Shown piece by piece: positions 1 to 7,645 of a DNA stretch of 21,830 bases (within the stretch, counting starts at the first letter, position 1; each line of letters opens with the position of its first letter). This stretch comes from Candidatus Methylomirabilota bacterium (GTDB lineage: Bacteria > Methylomirabilota > Methylomirabilia > Rokubacteriales > CSP1-6). The notes under the pieces were generated by a model, which was given only the letters and a program-made list of their open reading frames with translations, did not search any database and was not told the origin of the DNA. Both the position numbers and the translations under genes were made by a program. The DNA lies in contig JBKPAK010000284.1 in assembly GCA_046726415.1 (NCBI GenBank), forward strand, positions 1-21,830, read 5' to 3'.

Positions 1-570
1 GAGCCCTACGTCGTCACGCGGGCCGAGGAGAGCGTCGTGCACCAAATCGCCGGACGTCCCGCGCTCGACGTCCTGCGCGAGGCCATGCGCACGGTGGAGA
101 ATGCCGAGCAGCGCATTCCCCGCGCAGGCATCTTCGCGGGACTGGCCATGGACTCGGCTAAGTCGCCCCTGGAGCGCGGCGACTTTCTCGTGCGCAACCT
201 CCTGGGCGTCGATCCCCGGAGCGGGGCCATCGCCATCGCTGAACGCGTGCGCGTCGGGCAGACCATCCAGTTCCAGCTTCGCGACGCACAGGCCGCGCGG
301 GAGGACCTCCAGGCCACCCTCGCCTCCCTCCGCGCGCGCCTAGGGGGCCGCCGGCCGGTCTTCGGCTGCTACTTCAACTGCGCGGGGCGAGGCCAGGGAC
401 TCTATGGTGAGCCCGACTGCGACGTGACCTCGATCCGGGAGGCTCTCGGCGAGTTTCCGCTCGCGGGGTTCTTCGGCAACGGCGAGCTCGCTCCTGTGGG
501 CCGCCAGAACTTCCTTCACACCTACACCGGCGTCCTTGTCCTGATTCCCGAGGACTTGGGCGCGGCTTGA
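1..570 (+). CDS. FIST C-terminal domain protein (FIST signal-transduction family), 5'-partial
   Basis: Frame is open from base 1 (EPYVVTRAEESVVHQIAGRPALDVL). It has the FIST_C motifs FLVRNLLGVDPRSGAIAI, VRVGQTIQFQLRD, FNCAGRGQGLYG, LAGFFGNGELAP and FLHTYTGVLVL. Confidence 0.9.
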   Translation, partial: EPYVVTRAEESVVHQIAGRPALDVLREAMRTVENAEQRIPRAGIFAGLAMDSAKSPLERGDFLVRNLLGVDPRSGAIAIAERVRVGQTIQFQLRDAQAAREDLQATLASLRARLGGRRPVFGCYFNCAGRGQGLYGEPDCDVTSIREALGEFPLAGFFGNGELAPVGRQNFLHTYTGVLVLIPEDLGAA

Positions 571-593
571 CCTCCATCGCCACCCGCGGTCGT

Positions 594-606
594 TAACCTC
601 GAAGCC
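594..606 (+). promoter_or_regulatory. Possible -10 box of a leaderless promoter
   Basis: TAACCT (TANNNT) at 594-599 lies 7 nt before ATG 607, and there is no Shine-Dalgarno sequence. TTGACC at 567-572 is too far away (21-nt spacer) to be a canonical -35. Confidence 0.35.
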
Positions 607-1611
607 ATGCAGGTCGGCGTCTTCCTCGGCACCCAGCATCCGGCCGCGAGCGACGTGCGCCGGGCGTTCGAGGATCACGTCGCCCAGACGCGCGCGCTGC
701 GGGAGGAAGGCTACGACGCCGTCTGGGTCGGACAGCACTACCGGACTTATCCCGAACAGTTCCTCCAGACGACTCCGCTCCTGGCGCGCCTGGCCGCCGA
801 GGCGGGGTCCATGACGATCGGCACGAACCTGCTCCTGCTGACACTGCACAATCCGGTCGACGTGGCCGAGCAGTACGCGACCATGGACGTCATCGCCGGC
901 GGTCGCTTCATCCTCGGCGTGGGGCTCGGGTACCGGTCCGAGGAATACGAGGTCTTCGGCGTCGAGCGGCGCACGCGCACCCGACGCTTCGAGGAGGCGC
1001 TGGGGATCCTCAAGCTCCTGTGGAGCGAGGACCACGTCACCTACGAGGGACAGTTCTACCGGCTGAAGGACGTCTCGATCCGCCCTCGGCCGCTCCAGCG
1101 CCCCCGTCCACCCATCTGGATCGGAGCGGCCGCCGACCCCGCGGTGGAACGGGCCGCGCGGCTGGGCGACGCCTGGATCTCGACGTCGGTCGCGACCTTC
1201 TCGACCATCAGGGACCAGATCGCGCTGTACCGGCGCGCCCGCGCCGCGGCCGGTCTGCCGCCGGCCGCCGAGTACGCGCACTCGATCGAGTGCTACGTCG
1301 CCCGAGACCGCCGGCAGGCCTTCGAGGCGTCCGCGCCATACATTGCCGCCAAGTACCGCTCGTACTACGCCTGGGGCATGGGGAAGAACATGCCCCGCGA
1401 GTCCGGGCAGGACCTTGCCATCGAGGAGCTGGCCCACGACCGCTTCGTGATCGGCACGCCGGACGACGCCATTCGAGAGTGCCAGCGACGGCGTGACGCG
1501 CTGGGCGCCACCCACCTCATCGTGCGGTTCAACTTTCCCGGGATGTCGCAGGACAACGTGCTCAGCGCGATCCGGCTCTTCGGCCGCGAGGTGTTGCCGA
1601 GCCTCCGCTGA
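607..1611 (+). CDS. LLM-class (luciferase-like) flavin-dependent oxidoreductase
   Basis: 334 aa with motifs GYDAVWVGQHY, HNPVDVAEQYATMDVIAGGRFILGVGLGYR, PRPLQRPRPPIWIGA, AARLGDAW, FVIGTPDD and IRLFGREVLP. Confidence 0.93.
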   Translation: MQVGVFLGTQHPAASDVRRAFEDHVAQTRALREEGYDAVWVGQHYRTYPEQFLQTTPLLARLAAEAGSMTIGTNLLLLTLHNPVDVAEQYATMDVIAGGRFILGVGLGYRSEEYEVFGVERRTRTRRFEEALGILKLLWSEDHVTYEGQFYRLKDVSIRPRPLQRPRPPIWIGAAADPAVERAARLGDAWISTSVATFSTIRDQIALYRRARAAAGLPPAAEYAHSIECYVARDRRQAFEASAPYIAAKYRSYYAWGMGKNMPRESGQDLAIEELAHDRFVIGTPDDAIRECQRRRDALGATHLIVRFNFPGMSQDNVLSAIRLFGREVLPSLR

Positions 1612-1623
1612 GCGACAGGCCCC

Positions 1624-1703
1624 ATGACGAGCGCGCCATGACCTATGACATCGGCGAAGTGCTCGCCGGCTCCGGGTACGGCCGGTATCAGCCGCGAGGG
1701 TGA
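1624..1703 (+). pseudogene. Two coupled micro-ORFs (MTSAP*, 1624-1641; MTYDIGEVLAGSGYGRYQPRG*, 1638-1703), probably deletion remnants; the second resembles a cyclic amidohydrolase N-/C-terminal stub
   Basis: The two ORFs share an ATGA overlap at 1638-1641. MTYD resembles hydantoinase/allantoinase/dihydroorotase N-termini. GEVLAGSGYGRYQPRG resembles their C-termini, including GRLEQGLGYGQYLHRG in the remnant at 13330-14218. Confidence 0.5.
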
Positions 1704-1706
1704 GCC

Positions 1707-3029
1707 CTGAACCGTCAGCTCGCCATCCGCGGAGGACGGCTGATCGACGCCGCTGGGCGCGAGCCACTCGACAAGGCGGGGCTCGTGATCGTGAACGGCC
1801 GCGTGAGCCAGGTCGGCCCGGTCGATCGCCTGGCCGTCGATCGCGCCGCCGACGTGATCGACGCTCACGGGCTCACGATCATGCTTGGGCTCGTCGATGC
1901 GCACACGCACCTGACGTACCACGCTAGCCAGCCGAATGCCTGGCGGCAGGAGCTCGAGGAGCCCGTCGAGCTGACCGCGATCAAGGCGGCCCAGAACGCG
2001 CGCGCGATCCTGGCGATGGGGTTCACGACGATCGGGGATGGCGGCTGCCGCGGCCTCGTGGGGCCAGCGGTGCGGGACGCCATCGCGCACGGCATCGTCG
2101 CCGGCCCCCGGGTCATCGCGGCCGGTCCTGTCCTCTGCGGCACAGCCGGCTTGCTCGACGCCACGCCACCCTGGGTGAGCTACCAGAGCCAGGCCTCGCT
2201 CGCGCGTGTCGTCGACGGCCCTGACGCCGTGCGCCGCGCGGTCCGCGAGCAGGTCAAGGGCGGCGTCCACTTTATCAAGGTCGCGGCGAGTGGGGTGGCC
2301 GGCTCGCCGTACAGCGATGCGGAGACGGCGGACCTCGATGTCGACGAGATCAGCGCCGCCGTGCGAGAGGCGGCCAGGCATCGGCGCTGGGTCCACGCGC
2401 ACGCGCATTCGGCGGCCAGCGTCATGAGCGCCGTGCGGGCCGGCGTGCGTTCGCTGCACTCCGGCGAGTTCGCGGATGACGAGGCGCTGATTGCGATGCG
2501 AGACCGGGGCGTCCCCCTCGCTGTCACCATCGCGTGGCTGCACGCGCGCTGCCTGCCGGGGTATGTGCTCGTCGGCGACGACCCCGGGTTCGTCGCCGAG
2601 GCCCGCCGGGCCTTCCTCTCCGGGGCCCGGGTGCTCGTGCGCGCGCGCGAGCTCGGCGTGAAGGTCGCCATCGGCAGCGACGCCGCGCATCGCTTCTTCC
2701 ACGTCGCGGACGGGGTGCTCGAACTGGAATACCTCCAGGCGCTCGGCTACCGGCCGCTGGAGGTGATCCGGGCCGCCACCGCGGTGGCCGCGGACGCGCT
2801 GGCCATCGGCCATCGTGTCGGCACGCTCGAGGTGGGCAAGCTCGCCGACGTGCTGCTCGTCGACGGAGATCCCGCGAACGACGTAGGCGTGCTCCGCGAC
2901 AAGCGCCGGATCGTGCGGATGTTCACGGCGGGGGAGGAACCGCCGCGCGACGTGCCACGCGAGCCGCCTGCGACCGGATTCGACGTTCGCGCGGCGCTGG
3001 CGGCCGAAGGCCTGAGCGGCGGCCGATAG
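1707..3029 (+). CDS. Metal-dependent amidohydrolase (Xaa-Pro dipeptidase/imidazolonepropionase-like); probable start upstream of the tracked GTG 1785
   Basis: Motifs are DAHTHL (HxH), GFTTIGDGG, GPRVIAAG, FIKVAASG, VHAHAH, IGSDAA and GTLEVGKLADVLLVDGDP. The frame stays open back to TGA 1701-1703 and encodes the typical N-terminal strand LAIRGGRLIDAAG. The only candidate start there is CTG 1707, after GAGGGTG. Confidence 0.88.
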   Translation: MNRQLAIRGGRLIDAAGREPLDKAGLVIVNGRVSQVGPVDRLAVDRAADVIDAHGLTIMLGLVDAHTHLTYHASQPNAWRQELEEPVELTAIKAAQNARAILAMGFTTIGDGGCRGLVGPAVRDAIAHGIVAGPRVIAAGPVLCGTAGLLDATPPWVSYQSQASLARVVDGPDAVRRAVREQVKGGVHFIKVAASGVAGSPYSDAETADLDVDEISAAVREAARHRRWVHAHAHSAASVMSAVRAGVRSLHSGEFADDEALIAMRDRGVPLAVTIAWLHARCLPGYVLVGDDPGFVAEARRAFLSGARVLVRARELGVKVAIGSDAAHRFFHVADGVLELEYLQALGYRPLEVIRAATAVAADALAIGHRVGTLEVGKLADVLLVDGDPANDVGVLRDKRRIVRMFTAGEEPPRDVPREPPATGFDVRAALAAEGLSGGR

Positions 3030-3035
3030 TCGTCA

Positions 3036-3104
3036 GAGGGCCTGGATCCCTCAAACCTCACCGATTGGAGTTGGAGGGGGCGAGACGCCGACCCAAACCT
3101 CCCC
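3036..3104. repeat. Two related hairpin units (GAGGG-hairpin-CAAACCTC) between convergent genes; REP-like or terminator-like
   Basis: Unit 1 is GAGGG(3036-3040)-CCTGGAT-CCCTC followed by AAACCTC. Unit 2 is GGAGGGGGCGAGACGCCGACCCAAACCTCCCC (3073-3104). CAAACCTC occurs at 3052-3059 and 3094-3101. Confidence 0.3.
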
Positions 3105-3217
3105 GCCCGCGCGAGGTGTCACACCGTTGCGCCGGCGCCGCGGGCGCGCGAACGGCGGTGAGCTTTACACGCCGATAGCGCGCGCGAGCGCGGGTGACGT
3201 CGGGCTGGGCCCGTGGG

Positions 3218-4318
3218 CTAGCGCCGCTCGGGCGGCTTCGGCCCGGCCCGCAGCACCGTCTCGAACACCCGTCGCATGTTGTCGCCCAGAATTCCGCGGA
3301 TCGCGGCGTCGGCGTACCCGCGCGCCACGAGGCCGCGCGTCACGTTGAGGCAGTCGGCGAGCGACGCGAAACCCGACGGGTAGCGGAACTCCAGCCCGGC
3401 CATCTCGGTCCCGGCCCAGAGCGCGCGGTAGACATCGGCGGGCCACTGCTCCATGCAGTCCGGCCCGAGGCCGACATGCTCGGGGCCGATCAGCGCGGCG
3501 AGGTGATCGATGTGGTCGAGGAATTGGTCGAGGGTGGCCTCGGTGGATCCCGCCACGAACTGCGCGAGCATGTGGAGGCCGACGACGCCGCCGCGCTGGG
3601 CCAGGGCGACGGCCAGGTCGTCCGGGAGGTTCCGGGGGTGAGGGCAGAGGGCGCGGGAGTTCGAGTGCGAGGCGATGATCGGCTGAGCCGAGGCCTCGAT
3701 CGTGTCGCCGATGCCCTCGTCGGCCATGTGGGAGACGTCGAGCGCGATCCCCAGCCGATTCATCTCGGCCACCGCGGCACGCCCGAAGCGCGTGAGCCCG
3801 CCGCCGCTGCCCACGGCCACGCCGTCACCGAGGAGGTTGCGGCCGTTCCAGGTCAGACCGATGGAGCGGATGCCGAGGCGATGAAACATCCGGAGCAGGC
3901 CGAGGTCGTCGTCGATCGGCATCGCGCCCTCGAAGCCAAACACGATCGCCACGCGGCCCTCGCGCTCGGCCGCGCCGAAGTCCTCGGCGTCCAGCACGAG
4001 CCGCCAGTCGGGCGTCTCGTCGAGTTCGGCATGCCAGCAGTCGAGCGCCTGGAGCGCGAACTTGATCGGGTGGAGTGGGCGGATGTTGCGGAAGGCGAAG
4101 GTCGAGAAGTACGGCGTGTCGCCGGCCACGTGCTCGCACACGGCTTTCACGCCGCCGGCCCGCAACAGCGGAAGCTGCAGACGGCCAGCCACGCCGCGCT
4201 CGCCGCGCGTCCGGCCCTCGCTCACGCCGGCAATGAAGTCGGTGTGGGCGGCGAAGACGAATGCCTCGGCGTGGAGCCGCCGTGCTCGCTCTTCCTGGTC
4301 GGCGGAGAGGGTCAGCAT
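3218..4318 (-). CDS. Membrane/renal-type dipeptidase (peptidase family M19); C-terminal part of the 898-aa open frame with its own ATG at 4318
   Basis: Motifs are AHTD, FGFEGAMPI, LGIRSIGLTWNGRN, GLTRFGRAAVAEMNRLGIALDVSH, IASHSN, DHIDHLAALIGPEHVGLGPD and ILGDNMRRVF. 366 aa from ATG 4318. Confidence 0.9.
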   Translation of the reverse strand: MLTLSADQEERARRLHAEAFVFAAHTDFIAGVSEGRTRGERGVAGRLQLPLLRAGGVKAVCEHVAGDTPYFSTFAFRNIRPLHPIKFALQALDCWHAELDETPDWRLVLDAEDFGAAEREGRVAIVFGFEGAMPIDDDLGLLRMFHRLGIRSIGLTWNGRNLLGDGVAVGSGGGLTRFGRAAVAEMNRLGIALDVSHMADEGIGDTIEASAQPIIASHSNSRALCPHPRNLPDDLAVALAQRGGVVGLHMLAQFVAGSTEATLDQFLDHIDHLAALIGPEHVGLGPDCMEQWPADVYRALWAGTEMAGLEFRYPSGFASLADCLNVTRGLVARGYADAAIRGILGDNMRRVFETVLRAGPKPPERR

Positions 4319-4397
4319 CACGCGTCGACGCCGGAGGGATCCGCGACGAGATGGATCGGTCGTCCCGGCGCGCTTCCGGCCGCCGTGCGCCGGGGCT

Positions 4398-5914
4398 TCA
4401 TCGGCGCGGCGGCGCTGAGGCGAATGAATACTCGCGCCGGCGACCGCGTCGAACTCGCGCACCAGCGCCAGGTACGCGCCCTTGCGGTGCCGCTCCGTCT
4501 CCTGCACCTGGGCGAGCGCAAGCCGCGCGCGCTCGCGGAGCCGCGCGCCCCGCTCGCGCGCCTCGGCGATGACTGCATCGGCGTCGAACCGGGTCGGCCG
4601 ACCGTCCTCTAGAACGACCTCGCCCCCGACGATCACGGTCCGCACGGACTGTCCAGTCTCGCCGTAGACGAGCTGCGTGACCGGGTCGTTCAGCGGCGTG
4701 AAGTTCGGGGCGTCCGCGTCGAGCAGCACGAGATCGGCCCTCTTGCCGGCCTCGATCGAGCCGATCTCGCGGTCGAGCCCGTGGGCCCGCGCACCGCCGA
4801 TGGTCGCCATCCGGAACGCGTCCTGGACCGTCGGCCACCGGTCGCCGTCCGGCTCGCCCAGCCGGTGCACGCAGGCCGCGAGCTTCATGATCTCGAAGAG
4901 CGGCATGCTGGCGCCGCAATTGGGGCCGTCGGAGCCGAGGCCGACGGCGACCCCGCGGCCGAGCAGCTCGGGCAAGCGCGCGATGCCGCTCCCCAGATAG
5001 AGATTGCTGAGCGGATTGTGCGAGACACCGACCTCCGCCTCCGCGAGCAGGTCGAGGTCGCGGTCGGTCAGCCACACCGCATGGGCGCACGAGAGCTGCG
5101 GGCCGAGGAGCCCGAGCGTCTTGACGTGCTCGACCATCGTCCGGCCGTAGAGACGGCGGCCGGCGACCGCCTGCACGCGCGTCTCGAGCAGGTGGGTGTG
5201 AACCGGCAGGCCGGTGGCGGCAGACGACTCGGCGACCAGCTCGAGCAGCGCGTCGGTGCAGCGATGCGGCGTGGAGGGGCTCAGGCAGACGCGAACGCGG
5301 CCTTCGGCTCCGTGCCATTGCCGCCCGATCGCGACCGCCGCCTCGAGCAGCTCTTTGGGCGATGGCGTGGGTTGCCCGAGCGCCTCGACCCGTCGCGGCC
5401 CGGGGAGGTGGTCGAGATACCCGGGTAGCGTCTCGTGGAACGGTCGGTCGGCAAGCATCGGGCCCACGACCGCCCGCATGCCACTCTCGAGCAGCGCGCG
5501 GATCACCGCCTCGGTAGCCTCAACGCCCTGGAGCACGTTCTCCAGCACGGTGGTCGTCCCCCCACACAGCATGCGCAGCGCGCCGAGCAGGGTCGCCACG
5601 CGGGTGTCGTGGTCGGTGCAGCCGACGATCGTGGCGGCGAGCGCAGGCATCCGGATGTCGAGGGGGAGCCGGTCGACCAGGCCGGGGGCGAGCGCGCCGT
5701 AGAGATGGCAGTGCGCGTCCACCAGCCCGGGGATCACCAGCCGACGACTGGCGTCGATCACGCGGTCAGCCGGCCCGGTCGCGAGCGTCCGCGCCTCGGG
5801 CCCGTAGGCGACGCGCGCGATGCGGCCGCCTTCGACGGCGATACTGCCGCGCTCGGCGCGCACCCCCGCGCCGTCCGGTGTGACGATGAGCCCTCCGACG
5901 ATCAGCAACCCCAT
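4398..5914 (-). CDS. Deaminase-type amidohydrolase (MTA/SAH deaminase, AtzA/TrzA-like subfamily); no in-frame stop, reads into the dipeptidase
   Basis: Motifs are PGLVDAHCH, GGTTTVLE, VHTHLLET (HxxE), CAHAVWL, SHNPLSNLYLGSG, GLGSDG and GSIEAGKRADLVLLD. Homology fades near REFDA (about 4445), so the 3' coordinate is approximate. Confidence 0.87.
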
Positions 5915-6001
5915 GACGAATCTTCGATCAAGTGGTGATGGGCCACATGGTCCCAGCCCCTCCCAAGAGCACGGCGCCGGTCGAAGACCCTTCCGGCGGC
6001 C

Positions 6002-6747
6002 TCAATTGGTCGGCGCGTACCGCCACCCCAGTCGGTGCACGAGGCCCTGGAACGTCTTGTCCGCGAGGTAACCCAGCGTGCCGAGCATGATGATCCCGAC
6101 GAAGATCACGTCGGTGTGAAACCAGAGCCGGGAGTTGATGATGAGGTAGCCGAGGCCGGTCTCGGCCGCGATCATCTCGGCCGCGACGACGGTCGTGAAC
6201 GAGAGCACCATGCCGACGCGCATCCCCGTGAAGATCCCGTGAAGGCTCGCCGGCAAGACCACCAGGCGGAAGAGTTGGAGCCGCGTGGCCCCGAGCGACT
6301 GCGCCGCGCGCAGCTTGTTGCGCGGCACGTTGAACACGGCGGCCAGCGTGTTGAGCAGCACGATGAACGTCGTCGTGTAGGTGATGAGGAACAGCTTCGA
6401 GCCTTCGCCGATGCCGAACCAGATGAGAGCCGGCGAGAGCAGCGAGATCGACGGAACGAACCGCCCGAACTGGATGTAGGGATCGAGGAACCGCCGCGCG
6501 AGCGGTACGAACCCCATCAGCAGCCCGGTGGTCGCGCCGATGGTGCAGCCGAGCGCGAAGCCCGACAGGATGCGTCCGAGGCTCGCCAGGATGTCGGCGA
6601 CCAGCCGCCCCGCCGCGAGCTCCTTCACGAGCGCCTTGGCGACCATCACCGGCGTGGGGAACAGCACCGGGGGAAAGAACGTCGCGCTGATCACTGCCAG
6701 GCGAGCGTCATCAGGCACACGGACACGATCGGCATCAGCAGCGGGTG
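6002..6747 (-). pseudogene. NitT/TauT-family ABC permease, frameshifted near its 5' end and with its native start lost
   Basis: Motifs are LFPTP, SLGRILSGF, FVPSISLLSPALIWFGIGE, RAAQSLGA (EAA-like) and VAAEMIAAETGLGYLI. The first TM helix HPLLMPIVSVCLMTLAWQ lies in another frame: TGG CAG TGA TC instead of TGG CAG GTG ATC, one G missing at 6693/6694. Confidence 0.82.
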
Positions 6748-7004
6748 CCGAACTCCGAGACCATGCCGGCGTCGACGCTGCCCGCGACCGCGGCCTCGAA
6801 CCCGGGGAGTCCGCTCTCGAACATCTTGTACTCGGCGGGCGCACCGCGCTGCTCGAGGAAGCCCTTCTCGATTGCCACCACGAAGGGCGCGTACGGCGCG
6901 CTGATTCCGAGGCCGAAGACGATCTTCTTGTCGGCGGCCCGGCCCGTGGCCGTCAGGATCACCAGGAGGACCGCCGCGAGCGCCAGCGCAATCCACCGCT
7001 TCAT
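6735..7004 (-). pseudogene. NitT/TauT (NMT1/SsuA-like) substrate-binding protein, truncated to 89 aa
   Basis: SD GGAGGT (7009-7014) precedes ATG 7004. Signal peptide MKRWIALALAAVLLVILTATGRAA is followed by APFVVAIEKGFLEQRG...FESG...AGSVDAG. The sequence then switches abruptly into permease DNA and stops. Confidence 0.85.
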
Positions 7005-7058
7005 GGGTACCTCCACGAGCCGGGCCGAGGCCCTGCAGGACGTCGTCGCCGAAGCGAA

Positions 7059-7088
7059 AGCGTACACCACGCGTTTCGCCCCCGGCAA
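7059..7088 (-). promoter_or_regulatory. Putative sigma70-type promoter for the leftward NitT/TauT-amidohydrolase operon
   Basis: Minus strand TTGCCG (7088-7083), 18-nt spacer, TACGCT (7064-7059). Confidence 0.45.
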
Positions 7089-7100
7089 GGGCGCGACCGC

Positions 7101-7130
7101 TTGACAAGGCCCGCTGGCACCCCGGATGGT
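7101..7130 (+). promoter_or_regulatory. Putative rightward (possibly leaderless) promoter
   Basis: Perfect TTGACA at 7101-7106, 18-nt spacer, weak -10 GATGGT at 7125-7130, then ATG 7137 six nt later with no SD. Confidence 0.35.
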
Positions 7131-7136
7131 ACCGCC

Positions 7137-7645
7137 ATGTCGATCGCCTCGTTTCCGGCAACGGGCGCCGTCTGCTTCGCGCACGGCCGCATCGTCGACG
7201 GCGAGCTCCACGATCCGCTCGACGACGGCTTCGTGCTCGTCGAGGACGGCGCTATCCGCGAGGTCGGGCCGGTCGCCGCGCTTCCCGCGCGGCGTCGCGA
7301 CCTCGCGGTCGTCGACGTCGAGGGCCGGACGATCATGCCCTGGTTGATCGACTGCCACGCGCACCTCGTGTACGCCGGGTTCCGTCGCCTGGAGGACATC
7401 GACCGCTGTCCGGTGGAGACGGCCGCGATCAACGCGGTGCTGAACGCGGCCACGCTCCTGGGCGCGGGGTACACGACCGTGTCGATCTCGGCACGATCGG
7501 CAACGTGGCGGTCGCGGTGCGAGATGCGGTTGCCACCGGTCGCATCCGCGGACCGCGGCTGATCGCGAGCGGCCAGGTCATCCATCCGACTGCCGGCCTC
7601 GCCGATACGCTGCCCGCGTGCTGGGAGCTGGGGTGCGCGGGGTAG
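7137..7645 (+). pseudogene. Amidohydrolase (paralog of 1707-3029), frameshifted and C-terminally deleted
   Basis: Reads FAHGRIVDG, GRTIMPWLIDCHAHL (conserved MPG changed to MPW) and GYTTV. A one-base loss at about 7482 follows (GTG TC GAT). It continues DLGTIGNVAVAVRDAVATGRIRGPRLIASGQ...DTLPACW and runs into C-N hydrolase DNA, ending at TAG 7643-7645. Confidence 0.88.

Noticed and set aside
1701..1703. TGA between the micro-ORF and the amidohydrolase (same frame) as selenocysteine or readthrough
   Set aside because: The position is not catalytic, no SECIS-like element was recognised, and the upstream peptide looks like a C-terminus.
6002..6844. 280-aa permease and 209-aa (6735-7364) ORFs as intact genes
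   Set aside because: Their N-termini are out-of-frame or antisense read-through across a deletion junction and a frameshift.
7115..7125. TGGCACCCCGG repeated at 21606-21616, as a sigma54 site or shared operator
   Set aside because: Neither copy has the TTGC -12 element, and one GC-rich 11-mer match is compatible with chance.
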